From positions 30,229-94,228 of the forward strand of contig CAUUVR010000003.1 of assembly GCA_963548945.1 (NCBI GenBank): a stretch of DNA of 64,000 nt, read 5' to 3'. Source of the stretch: an uncultured Candidatus Saccharibacteria bacterium (lineage in GTDB: Bacteria; Patescibacteriota; Saccharimonadia; Saccharimonadales; Saccharimonadaceae). The notes beneath the pieces are model-generated. The model saw only the letters and a program-made list of their open reading frames with translations. It was not told the DNA's origin and did not search any database. How positions within the stretch are numbered: the first letter of the stretch is position 1; every line of letters starts with the position of its first letter. The position numbers and the translations under genes are program-made. Shown in pieces: positions 55,937 through 64,000 of the stretch.

Positions 55937-56208
55937 AAAAATTAAGCAATAATTTGCAAATATCGTCAATGCACCATCTACCCCCGTTAAAATGGCACAA
56001 ATACCCGAAAAAACGGCAAATTTGAGGCATGAATTACCGCTTTAGACCCCTTGATTCCACTCGTTGGACTTTGACCCCGTTGGAGGCATTTTAGGAGTCA
56101 GAATAGGTGTTAGGTGTCCGGTCGGTTGCTATCGTTTTGGCGACGGATAAGATGGTATAATAAGTGTAATCAGTACATTGGTGGTAATAACAGCTTCAAC
56201 GAGGAGGA

Positions 56209-57504
56209 GTGTCGCTCATGGATAAATGGGAAGAAAAAGTAAAAAATAGCATAGCCTACACCAAGGCTAAGGATTTTTTGAATGAACTTGAAAGCCACGA
56301 TATGAGCGAAGCATCTGTAGATGCTATTGATTATGCTAATCGCGCCAAACTGGTGCTAGAACTTCTCGTAGATAGGTTAGATAATACCGATAGTCGGCTC
56401 GTTATCTGGTCAACCCTTGAATCTATCGGCAGTCATATCGCAAATGCGTCTTCTAATTTCGATTCGTGGATAAGCTCAGGAAACGACACGTATCTTGCCT
56501 CTTCATACATGGACACTTACATTGATAACATCCTTAAGCAAATACCTGACCTGACGCCTGCCGTTGACGTTGATGGGGCTAGAAAAGCGGTCGCTGGTCT
56601 TAATCGATCTGTTGGACAGTACAAACGGGTAGTTACAAGAGAGATGGACGAAATAACTGCAAAAGGCACGGCTTCTGAAGAAGCGATTGACGAGAAGGTC
56701 GCCAAAGCAAAAACCGAGTTTGAGGCTCTTGACACTAAGACTGTTGAGCTTGACGATGAACTAAAAGAGATTAAAGATTCTTCAAGCAAATTATCAACGG
56801 AGCAACAGCTTGCATTTCAAAAAGCTGAAAATGAGCGAAATAATACGATCACACAGTTCGTTAAGACAAAAACGGTTGAGATAGCTGATACCTTCAAGAA
56901 AAAAGAAGATGCTATCGATAAGTTAACGACAGATGCAAAGACGAAGCTCACGCTCGTAGCTCAGGATGCAGAGACGAGCCTGAAAGAAATAGACAACCTC
57001 CTTAATATCGCTGGGGATAAAACTCTCATTCATGAATACGCCAGCTCTGCAAAAGAGGATATGGATAGTGCAAATAATTGGCGAATAATCACAGTTTTAT
57101 TACTACTTGTTGCTCTTGGCTTCTCAGTCTGCATGGTGGTAGATGTAACCCAAAATACCCCATCGTGGCAATCGTTAGTTGCACGAGCATTTGTTGCGTT
57201 ATTCGCAGGAGGTATCGCAGGCTACACTGCTACGCAGTCGAGTGAGCATCGCAAAGCTCAGCGCTCTAACCAGCGAACAGCACATCAGCTTAAAGCATTA
57301 AAGCCATATCTCCTTGCAATCGAAAACGACAGGAAGCTTAAGAATGAAATCATAAAAACGGTTGCGGACAGGATATTTTCCAAGGAAGAACCTGTTGTAC
57401 GGAGAGGTCGAAACTTACTTAAGAGCAAGGAGGAAGCCCCTGTGCTCACATCTCAACTAGTTGCAGTAATTGCCGAAACGGTTAAACAAATGGCTGCAAA
57501 ATAG
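56209..57504 (+). CDS. Coiled-coil protein with two C-terminal TM helices
   Basis: Long heptad-rich region, 2 TMs, basic tail; GAGGAGG SD. Confidence 0.8.
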   Translation: MSLMDKWEEKVKNSIAYTKAKDFLNELESHDMSEASVDAIDYANRAKLVLELLVDRLDNTDSRLVIWSTLESIGSHIANASSNFDSWISSGNDTYLASSYMDTYIDNILKQIPDLTPAVDVDGARKAVAGLNRSVGQYKRVVTREMDEITAKGTASEEAIDEKVAKAKTEFEALDTKTVELDDELKEIKDSSSKLSTEQQLAFQKAENERNNTITQFVKTKTVEIADTFKKKEDAIDKLTTDAKTKLTLVAQDAETSLKEIDNLLNIAGDKTLIHEYASSAKEDMDSANNWRIITVLLLLVALGFSVCMVVDVTQNTPSWQSLVARAFVALFAGGIAGYTATQSSEHRKAQRSNQRTAHQLKALKPYLLAIENDRKLKNEIIKTVADRIFSKEEPVVRRGRNLLKSKEEAPVLTSQLVAVIAETVKQMAAK

Positions 57505-57619
57505 CACGGTTAAACTAAGCAACCCTGGTCAATAAAATCTAAACTTTACCACATGAACTATAGCATTCATTAATATATTCTGCTACAATAGGTTCTAGAT
57601 TATTTCACACAATCAATAC

Positions 57620-57704
57620 GCGGATGTGGTGGAATTGGTAGACACGCATGCCTTAGGAGCATGTGCCTCACGGCGTGAAGGTTCAAGTCCTTTCATCCGC
57701 ACCA
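57620..57704 (+). tRNA. tRNA-Leu (TAG)
   Basis: GCGGATG...CATGC-CTTAGGA-GCATG, variable arm, GTTCAAGT, CCA; TGcTACAAT promoter at 57581. Confidence 0.97.
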
Positions 57705-57773
57705 GAATATGGATTGTTGAAAAATTTTTATGTTTGCACAAATCCATCATAAAAAAGAACTAATATTACTGTA

Positions 57774-58277
57774 ATGCATATGAATAAAATATCGATTGCG
57801 GCTGTCGTTTTGGTTGTTTTGGTCGTTTCTGCCGGAGGAGCGGCTTATTATTTTTATCGTGACAAGTTCAGCGAGCCGCCAGAGCAAACCGCTATCAAGC
57901 CTAAGCACAATAAGCCTTTTAGCCCGGATATCGTTATGACGGTTGGCGATAAGAAATTTGACGTGAAATTGGCGGATAATGAAACGACGCGAGCTCTCTT
58001 CACCCAGCTTCCTTTCACATTGAAGATGGAAGACCATTTGGCAAATGAAAAATTCGCCGCCTCGCCGGAAGATTTGCCAGCAAATCACACGAAACCCAAA
58101 CGAGTCGAGACAGGCGACATTATGCTCTACGGTGTACGAACTATTGTCTTGTTTTATAAATCAATTGACACTCCATATAAGTACGTTCGCATCGGCAAAG
58201 TTACCAATCCCGAGCAGTTAGAAGAAGTGCTTGGTGCGAATGTCAAAAAGGTTGACGTCACTTTTAGTATGCGGTAG
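57774..58277 (+). CDS. Membrane-anchored cyclophilin-like fold protein
   Basis: TM, then L.DN.T.RAL..QLP.TL.M.D...NEK, GDIMLYG...IVLFY and Y.RIG. Confidence 0.8.
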   Translation: MHMNKISIAAVVLVVLVVSAGGAAYYFYRDKFSEPPEQTAIKPKHNKPFSPDIVMTVGDKKFDVKLADNETTRALFTQLPFTLKMEDHLANEKFAASPEDLPANHTKPKRVETGDIMLYGVRTIVLFYKSIDTPYKYVRIGKVTNPEQLEEVLGANVKKVDVTFSMR

Positions 58278-58426
58278 TTTCAGCTTCGCTCTACTAGGTC
58301 TTTGCTTGATTAAAAAACTTTTCACACTTTTATAACACAAATCAGCGCAGTATAATTTTCTTTTTTCGCCGTTTTGGTATAAAATATCTCTGAGCGGTTT
58401 TTATTGAGGAAAATCGCGTCTGGTGC

Positions 58427-58503
58427 GGGAAATTAGCTCAGTTGGCTAGAGCGCACGATTCACATTCGTGAGGTCACAGGTTCGAGCCCTGTATTTCCCA
58501 CCA
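58427..58503 (+). tRNA. tRNA-Val (CAC)
   Basis: GGGAAAT/ATTTCCC acceptor stem; CACGA-TTCACAT-TCGTG; CCA. Confidence 0.96.
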
Positions 58504-58518
58504 TTTGACTCAATTCAC

Positions 58519-58594
58519 GGGGATATAGCTCAGCTGATAGAGCGCAGCATTCGCATTGCTGAGGCCGAGGGTTTGAGTCCCTCTATCTCCACCA
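58519..58594 (+). tRNA. tRNA-Ala (CGC)
   Basis: G3:U70 acceptor pair; CAGCA-TTCGCAT-TGCTG; CCA; atypical T-loop TTTGAGT. Confidence 0.92.
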
Positions 58595-58598
58595 AGCT

Positions 58599-59207
58599 AT
58601 GGCCGAACTGATCGAGGAACTTGAAATAATTGATAGAAAAACATACGAGACCCCTCTAATGATAGAGAGGGATTTAATTCGTAGGAGACAGCTTCCAGTA
58701 ACTATTGAAGCGCGTCAAATTAAACCTGTTAAACATGCTATCGAGCGCGCAGCAACACTTGGAGCAATTAGTCTTATTTCTATCGCTGATGGCGCCATAA
58801 AATACTAACTAACCCTGCAGCAAGGCGGTAATCATGAGGATTTGCTACTGACTCAGGAAGGCAAACGGACTTGCCGAGCCGACGAAACGCCAGTAACAAA
58901 TATTATCACTAAAGGCTGGAGCTGCGGCAAATTCAACTCCGTCGTCCGCGCTTGGTACGATAGAGGCAGCGTTAAGGAGCGAATACGGCCTGACGCGCGG
59001 CGCATAACGCCGAAGACACTGCTTGTTGGATGTTATGCATTGTGCGAACTGATGCAAGCAATGCAAATCACCAATAAACTGCCAGATAACCTGACGCTAA
59101 CAAATGATCATATTAAACAATCAGAGACATTAGATCATTCCAGCGTCTATATTGAGAGCGTCCCTACTAAAAAGTTTGCTCAGCTTGTTAAGTCTGTTTA
59201 TCTTTAG
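58599..59207 (+). pseudogene. Probable fragmented hypothetical gene (two short same-frame ORFs)
   Basis: ORFs 58599-58808 and 58842-59207 are in the same frame, separated by stops; no recognised family. Confidence 0.35.
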
Positions 59208-59272
59208 CGTTGGATAGCATAGCTAACTCCCTTGTCATAACGCGACTCCGGAGCAATAGTACTAAAATAAAT

Positions 59273-59510
59273 TTAAGGCATTTTTGCAAGCAATAATTCA
59301 CGCAGCGCAGGATAAGTAATATCTAATTTTTGCAGCTCATCGCGTGTAAAATAGCCGATTTCCGCTACGTCATCATTTGGTTTCGGACTTCCATCGATAA
59401 TCTTTGCAGCAAAGTAAATTGCCAAAAACGGTACGGCAACTTCGCCAAACTCATAAATCTCAGGAAAGCTGTCTAGATGATTATCTATTTCTAGGTTCAC
59501 CAAACGAATC
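59273..59510 (-). pseudogene. C-terminal fragment of a NUDIX-like hydrolase
   Basis: L.IYF.A.I.DG.P.P.DDVAE..YF..DEL; the N-terminus with the Nudix box is absent. Confidence 0.6.
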
Positions 59511-59511
59511 C

Positions 59512-59634
59512 TTGACAAAAACCCGCCGCCCTGCTAAGATTTTCAGAGGTCAATACGTTGCTTTTGCCCTGAGCGGGAGCGTAATGTTGTAAAAATAACA
59601 CACCCTAGTTGCACCGATAACGCGCAACTTTTTT
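59512..59634 (+). promoter_or_regulatory. Promoter plus terminator-containing leader (attenuator/riboswitch candidate)
   Basis: TTGACA-N17-TAAGAT; hairpin GCTTTTGC/GCGGGAGC; ATG TTG TAA; AGTTGC/GCAACT plus T6. Confidence 0.6.
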
Positions 59635-59667
59635 GTTGCCAAAAAATCATTAATCAAAGGAGGAAAT

Positions 59668-60147
59668 ATGCCCCGCACTAAGCGAGAAGGAGTATTTTAT
59701 GGCGTCGTGATGGCGTTTACGATGTCAATTTTTATGAATTTGCTGAATACGTTTTTGCACGCTGGCGTGTCGATGCAGTCGCTAGGAAGAGCGCTAATAC
59801 TGCAGCCGGTGATTTTTGCTATTGTCATGGTAGTTGAAGGTTTAGTTGTGTCGAATCTGGCACAAAAAGCCATGAAGCGTTTTGTCCGCGCGAAGGACAG
59901 TATAGAGGCTCATGCACTGGCGCGAACGGTGTGTATGGTGACGGGTATGTCGCTGGCGATGAGCTTGATCGGGTTGGTCTTGGCAGGTACGCCGCTGGCT
60001 GAGCTGCCGCTACGCTTTGCCTCAGCATGGCCGATGAATTTCTGCGCGGCGTTTTGGTGGCAAATACTGGTTGCTGGCCCGATTGCCCGAATGGCGCTGA
60101 AAGTAATGCGAACACATCAATCAGAGCGTGCTTTAATTTCAGAGTAG
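59668..60147 (+). CDS. DUF2798-like membrane protein
   Basis: MP.TKRE; two MxxxMS repeats; WP.NF..A..WQ..VAGP.AR. Confidence 0.8.
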   Translation: MPRTKREGVFYGVVMAFTMSIFMNLLNTFLHAGVSMQSLGRALILQPVIFAIVMVVEGLVVSNLAQKAMKRFVRAKDSIEAHALARTVCMVTGMSLAMSLIGLVLAGTPLAELPLRFASAWPMNFCAAFWWQILVAGPIARMALKVMRTHQSERALISE

Positions 60148-60246
60148 CCCTGAGCACGGACCGTCACTGCAGACAAGCCAATCGCCATAGACCTCACCGC
60201 CTTCTGTTGCCATAACACTAGCTATCGTGCTAGACTGTGTTTCATT

Positions 60247-60831
60247 ATGGAAAGAATTACGACAAAACCAACGGAACAGAAACCTTATACAATATATGCC
60301 GGCTCATTCGACATAGAAGAGACAGGCTGCGGCACGTGCGTCAATCCTGTTGGTGTGGGATATTGCGATCCAGAGGAAGATACTATCTATCTTGCTACAG
60401 CACCGGAGGGTTTTGAACGCCAGTTGCACAACACTTTCGTTCGCAAGAATGGTCTTTTTGTTCCTAAACCTGCGCCGTCAGATCAATCTAGTGAAACCAA
60501 GCTAAATTTTCTAAAAGATTGCCCTTTACCGCCTGAAGCCGAGCCGCTTCATTCGTCTGATGGAGCAGACGTTGCTGGCTTTAATGAGATGAGCTTATAT
60601 ACGCGCAGACGTACTACTCATGTCTTCCCTGTTTCACTGGGCGAAAACCCAAATCTTACATCAGAGAAGCGGGAGCACTATGAAGCAATAAGATCAGTAG
60701 CAGTACTAGCGCTGGCAGCTGTATTACATTACAAACTAGATGAAGAGTTGCCAGACAGAAACACTATGCATAGAATAGCTATCTCCGACGAACTTCTTAT
60801 ACGCGATCCGGATATTGTTATACATCGCTAA
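60247..60831 (+). CDS. Hypothetical protein (CxxC-containing)
   Basis: 194-aa ORF; no recognised family. Confidence 0.6.
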   Translation: MERITTKPTEQKPYTIYAGSFDIEETGCGTCVNPVGVGYCDPEEDTIYLATAPEGFERQLHNTFVRKNGLFVPKPAPSDQSSETKLNFLKDCPLPPEAEPLHSSDGADVAGFNEMSLYTRRRTTHVFPVSLGENPNLTSEKREHYEAIRSVAVLALAAVLHYKLDEELPDRNTMHRIAISDELLIRDPDIVIHR

Positions 60832-60871
60832 ACATTCCTAATTATAGTCTCAAACTGTTCTATAGTTTTAG

Positions 60872-60912
60872 AAAACCCTCGGATGGTTTTGGGAGAATCG
60901 CCCGAGGGTTTT
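60872..60912. terminator. Bidirectional terminator-like inverted repeat
   Basis: AAAACCCTCGG-N19-CCGAGGGTTTT. Confidence 0.6.
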
Positions 60913-61043
60913 ACGCAGTACTTAGTATTATTTTAATAAACTGCGCTGAAATTTTTAATAGCCGCTAACCTTCTCATCCCCGCTCATCTGTGCTACAATT
61001 AATCACCAAAGGAAGGTCTGCGTTAACATCAGACCATATTTTT

Positions 61044-62867
61044 ATGAAGGACGCTAGCAAGATTCGAAATATTGCCATTATTGCCCACGTCGATCACGGC
61101 AAGACGACCATGGTTGATGGGCTGCTCAAACAGTCGCGCACATTCCGCGACAACCAGGCCGAGATGAGCCAAGAATTGATCATGGATTCGGGCGATCAGG
61201 AGCACGAACGCGGCATCACCATCACCGCCAAACAGACTTCAATTTTTTACGGTGATTATAAAATTAACATCATCGACACGCCGGGACACGCGGACTTTTC
61301 GGGCGAAGTCGAGCGAACACTGCAGATGGCGGACGGTGTCTTGCTGATCGTTGATGCGCAGGAAGGGCCGATGCCGCAGACTAAGTTTGTGCTGAGTAAG
61401 GCGCTAGAGCTGGGCTTGAAGCCAGTGGTGGTGATTAATAAAATCGATAAGCCAGCCAGGCGAATTGCCGAGGTTGAGGACGAGCTGAGCGATCTATTTT
61501 TGGAGTTAGCGACTGATGATAGTCAGCTGCACTATCCGATTTATTATGCCGTTGGGCGTGATGGCAAGGCGTGGCGGGAGATCCCTACTGACCCGAGCGA
61601 AGACGCTGATCTCACACCGATTTTTGAAGCAATTATCAACGATATCCCAGCACCAAGCGTCACGGCTGATGGCGGTTTCCAGATGCTGGTGACCAGCCTG
61701 CAGTATGACACCTTCCAGGGCAAATATGCCATCGGGCGGATTGCTCGCGGGTCGGTCAAGCGCGGCCTGGCAGTTAGCTTGCTGAAGCACGGCGAAGTGT
61801 CAGGTTCAGCGCGAATCGAGAAAGTTTTTGGTTACCGCGGACTAAACCGCGAAGAGCTTGACGAGGCGTTTGCTGGTGACATCGTGGCGCTGGTTGGCGT
61901 CAGTGAAGCGCACATTGGCGATACGATTGCTGACAAAGAACAGCCTGAAGCCTTGCCAGCGATCGCCATTGAAGCGCCGACACTGAGCATGTATCTGGGC
62001 CCAAATACTAGCCCGATGAAGGGGCGCGAGGGCGAGTTTACCACCTCGCGGCAAATTGGCGACCGATTGCGGCGGGAACTAGAAACCAACGTGGCGCTGC
62101 GCGTCGAAGAAAACGGCATCGGCTTTACGGTGTCTGGCCGCGGCGAGCTGCACCTGAGCGTCTTGATCGAGACCATGCGGCGCGAGGGCTTTGAGTTCGA
62201 AGTTGGCCGCCCGCAAGTGGTCACCATCACCGAGGACGGCGTCGAAAAAGAGCCAATTGAAGAATTACAAATCGAAATTAGCAGCGAATTTATAGGCGCG
62301 ATCAGCCAGGAGTTGGGTGCGCGCCACGCTGAAATGAAGTCGCAAGAAACCACCGCCAGCGGCGCTACCCGCATCACCTACGTGCTGCCGACCAGGGCGT
62401 TGATCGGCCTGCGCAACGTACTCTTGACCGCCACCAAAGGCACCGTGATTATGAATTCCCTACCGCATGGCTATCAACCGCTGGGCGGCAAATTGCCAAA
62501 AACCCGCGGCGGCGTGCTCATCGCCTTTGAAGCTGGCACCACCACGCCGTATGCTCTGCAGGCGGCCGAGGCTCGTGGCGAACTCTTGGTCGGGCCGGGC
62601 ACGGAAGTCTACGCCGGGATGATCGTCGGCATCTACAACCGCCAAGAAGACATCGAAATCAACGTTTGTAAAGCCAAACACCTGACTAACATGCGCTCCA
62701 AATCGTCCGACGGCACGGTGCAGCTAACGCCATTTACACAGTTCAGCCTGGAGCAATGCATCGACTTCATCGAGGACGACGAGCTGCTGGAAGTGACGCC
62801 AAAGTCCTTGCGCCTGCGCAAACGCTACCTCGATGCTAATGAGCGAAAGCGTGCTAATAAAAAGTAG
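61044..62867 (+). CDS. typA: Translational GTPase TypA/BipA
   Basis: [34 protein letters not shown]. Confidence 0.98.
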   Translation: MKDASKIRNIAIIAHVDHGKTTMVDGLLKQSRTFRDNQAEMSQELIMDSGDQEHERGITITAKQTSIFYGDYKINIIDTPGHADFSGEVERTLQMADGVLLIVDAQEGPMPQTKFVLSKALELGLKPVVVINKIDKPARRIAEVEDELSDLFLELATDDSQLHYPIYYAVGRDGKAWREIPTDPSEDADLTPIFEAIINDIPAPSVTADGGFQMLVTSLQYDTFQGKYAIGRIARGSVKRGLAVSLLKHGEVSGSARIEKVFGYRGLNREELDEAFAGDIVALVGVSEAHIGDTIADKEQPEALPAIAIEAPTLSMYLGPNTSPMKGREGEFTTSRQIGDRLRRELETNVALRVEENGIGFTVSGRGELHLSVLIETMRREGFEFEVGRPQVVTITEDGVEKEPIEELQIEISSEFIGAISQELGARHAEMKSQETTASGATRITYVLPTRALIGLRNVLLTATKGTVIMNSLPHGYQPLGGKLPKTRGGVLIAFEAGTTTPYALQAAEARGELLVGPGTEVYAGMIVGIYNRQEDIEINVCKAKHLTNMRSKSSDGTVQLTPFTQFSLEQCIDFIEDDELLEVTPKSLRLRKRYLDANERKRANKK

Positions 62868-62904
62868 AATTTTTAGTTTAATATATAATTTAGAGGGGGT
62901 GATT

Positions 62905-64000
62905 ATGACAAAAAAATGGTGCGACGTTAACGGATTTTATCAAATCTATCCGCGATCGTTTAAGGATTCTAATAATGATGGCGTCGGCGACTTGCGCGGC
63001 GTGATCGATAAGCTCGATTATATTAAGGGCGGCGACAATTCGCTTGGTATTGATGCGATTTGGTTTTCGCCGTTTTATCCGTCGCCGCAAGCTGATATGG
63101 GCTACGATGTGGCGGACTATTGTGATATTGATCCGATTTTCGGCTCGCTTGATGATTTCAAAGAGTTGGTCGAGAAAGCGCACGCTCGCGATATTAAAGT
63201 AATGGTCGATTTCGTGCCTAACCATACCAGCAACCAGCATCCGTGGTTTGTTGAATCGCAAAGCTCCAAAGACAATGATAAGAACGATTTTTATGTTTGG
63301 CGCGATGCTAAGTCTGACGGCTCAGAGCCGAACAATTGGCTGAGCACTTTCGGCGGCAGCGCTTGGCAATGGCATGAGGGGCGCCAGCAATATTATCTGC
63401 ACACGTTTTTGAAAGAACAGCCGGATCTAAATTGGGATAATCCGGCGGTACGCTTCGAAATGAAAAAGGTACTGCGTTTTTGGCTTGATTTGGGCGTCGA
63501 TGGTTTTCGCGCAGACGCGGTGCGCTGGATCAGTAAAGATCCGGAACTGCGCGACGACCCAGTTGCCAAGCATTACAAAGGCAAGAAACCGCCCACGAAA
63601 TTCGACGATCTGCAGCACAAATATAGCCGCTTCTGGGATAATCTTTTCCCATATTTGCGGGAGCTAACAGACATAGTCGCCTCGTATCCGAATCGAATTA
63701 TGGTTTTTGAAGATTATCCGGATGAAAACTATAGTACTAGCGAACAGTACTTAGGTTTCTACGGTGTCAATCCAAAAGTATCAATGCCATTCAATTTTGA
63801 AGGCTTAAACGCCAAGTTTAATGCCAAGTCAATAGGGACAATTGTCAACGAATTCCAAGGCATGATTAATCCTGATGTACACACGCCGGTCTATTGTTTC
63901 AGCAATCACGACCAATCGCGCATTATTACACGTTTTGGCGGCGAGGAGCAAGCTCGCTTGATTGCGCTGATGCAGCTGACACTGCCAGGGCTGCCGGTGG
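62905..64000 (+). CDS. GH13 alpha-glucosidase/oligo-1,6-glucosidase (partial, runs off window end)
   Basis: Manual translation: YQIYPRSFKDSNNDGVGDL, GYDVADY, VPNHTS, EQPDLNW, DGFRAD and SNHD. Confidence 0.92.
   Translation, partial: MTKKWCDVNGFYQIYPRSFKDSNNDGVGDLRGVIDKLDYIKGGDNSLGIDAIWFSPFYPSPQADMGYDVADYCDIDPIFGSLDDFKELVEKAHARDIKVMVDFVPNHTSNQHPWFVESQSSKDNDKNDFYVWRDAKSDGSEPNNWLSTFGGSAWQWHEGRQQYYLHTFLKEQPDLNWDNPAVRFEMKKVLRFWLDLGVDGFRADAVRWISKDPELRDDPVAKHYKGKKPPTKFDDLQHKYSRFWDNLFPYLRELTDIVASYPNRIMVFEDYPDENYSTSEQYLGFYGVNPKVSMPFNFEGLNAKFNAKSIGTIVNEFQGMINPDVHTPVYCFSNHDQSRIITRFGGEEQARLIALMQLTLPGLPV

Larger units (their letters stand above)
51553..57704. mobile_element. Decayed integrative island at tRNA-Leu(TAG) carrying defence-like cargo
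   Basis: Three tRNA-derived copies sharing the core TGCCTTAGGAGC; tyrosine-integrase stub; foreign cargo; IS remnant. Confidence 0.8.

Noticed and set aside
1..64000. CRISPR array, rRNA, reverse transcriptase/DGR or prophage structural genes
   Set aside because: No regularly spaced repeats, rRNA-like tracts, RT motifs or phage structural ORFs were seen.

Overview
Chromosomal window from a Saccharibacteria (TM7, CPR/Patescibacteria) genome using translation table 11. The lineage is inferred from the ribosomal-protein and EF-Tu sequences, the gene content and the many orphan genes. Core genes: nusG (partial), secE, tRNA-Trp, holB, a RluA-family gene, trpS, a fragmented tuf / rpsJ / rplC-rpsH ribosomal cluster, ldh, tgt, glgB, a TrmH-family gene, typA, a partial GH13 glucosidase and tRNA-Leu(CAG), -Leu(TAG), -Val(CAC) and -Ala(CGC). 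Accessory regions: (1) a low-GC restriction-modification-like block at about 10.9-16.3 kb (N6-MTase, PD-(D/E)xK protein, and a truncated OLD-like ATPase fused to a controller-protein remnant); (2) a Vex123/VncRS-like ABC exporter and two-component locus interleaved with cargo; (3) a decayed defence-like island at 51.55-57.7 kb built on tRNA-Leu(TAG), with a 5' half, an inverted 3' half, an intact copy, an integrase stub, an IS30 miniature, an AbiJ-NTD/TIGR02391-like gene, a nuclease and a KAP NTPase pseudogene. The most novel-looking signals are non-coding: an antisense sRNA under a consensus promoter overlapping the 3' end of an NYN RNase gene, a switch-like structured leader at 10.1 kb, a covarying two-hairpin leader shared by two orphan lipoprotein genes, two attenuator-like leaders, pervasive leaderless-type promoters, and an orphan 57-aa ORF inside the S10 operon. 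All family assignments come from motif recognition by eye; no database searches or folding programs were run.
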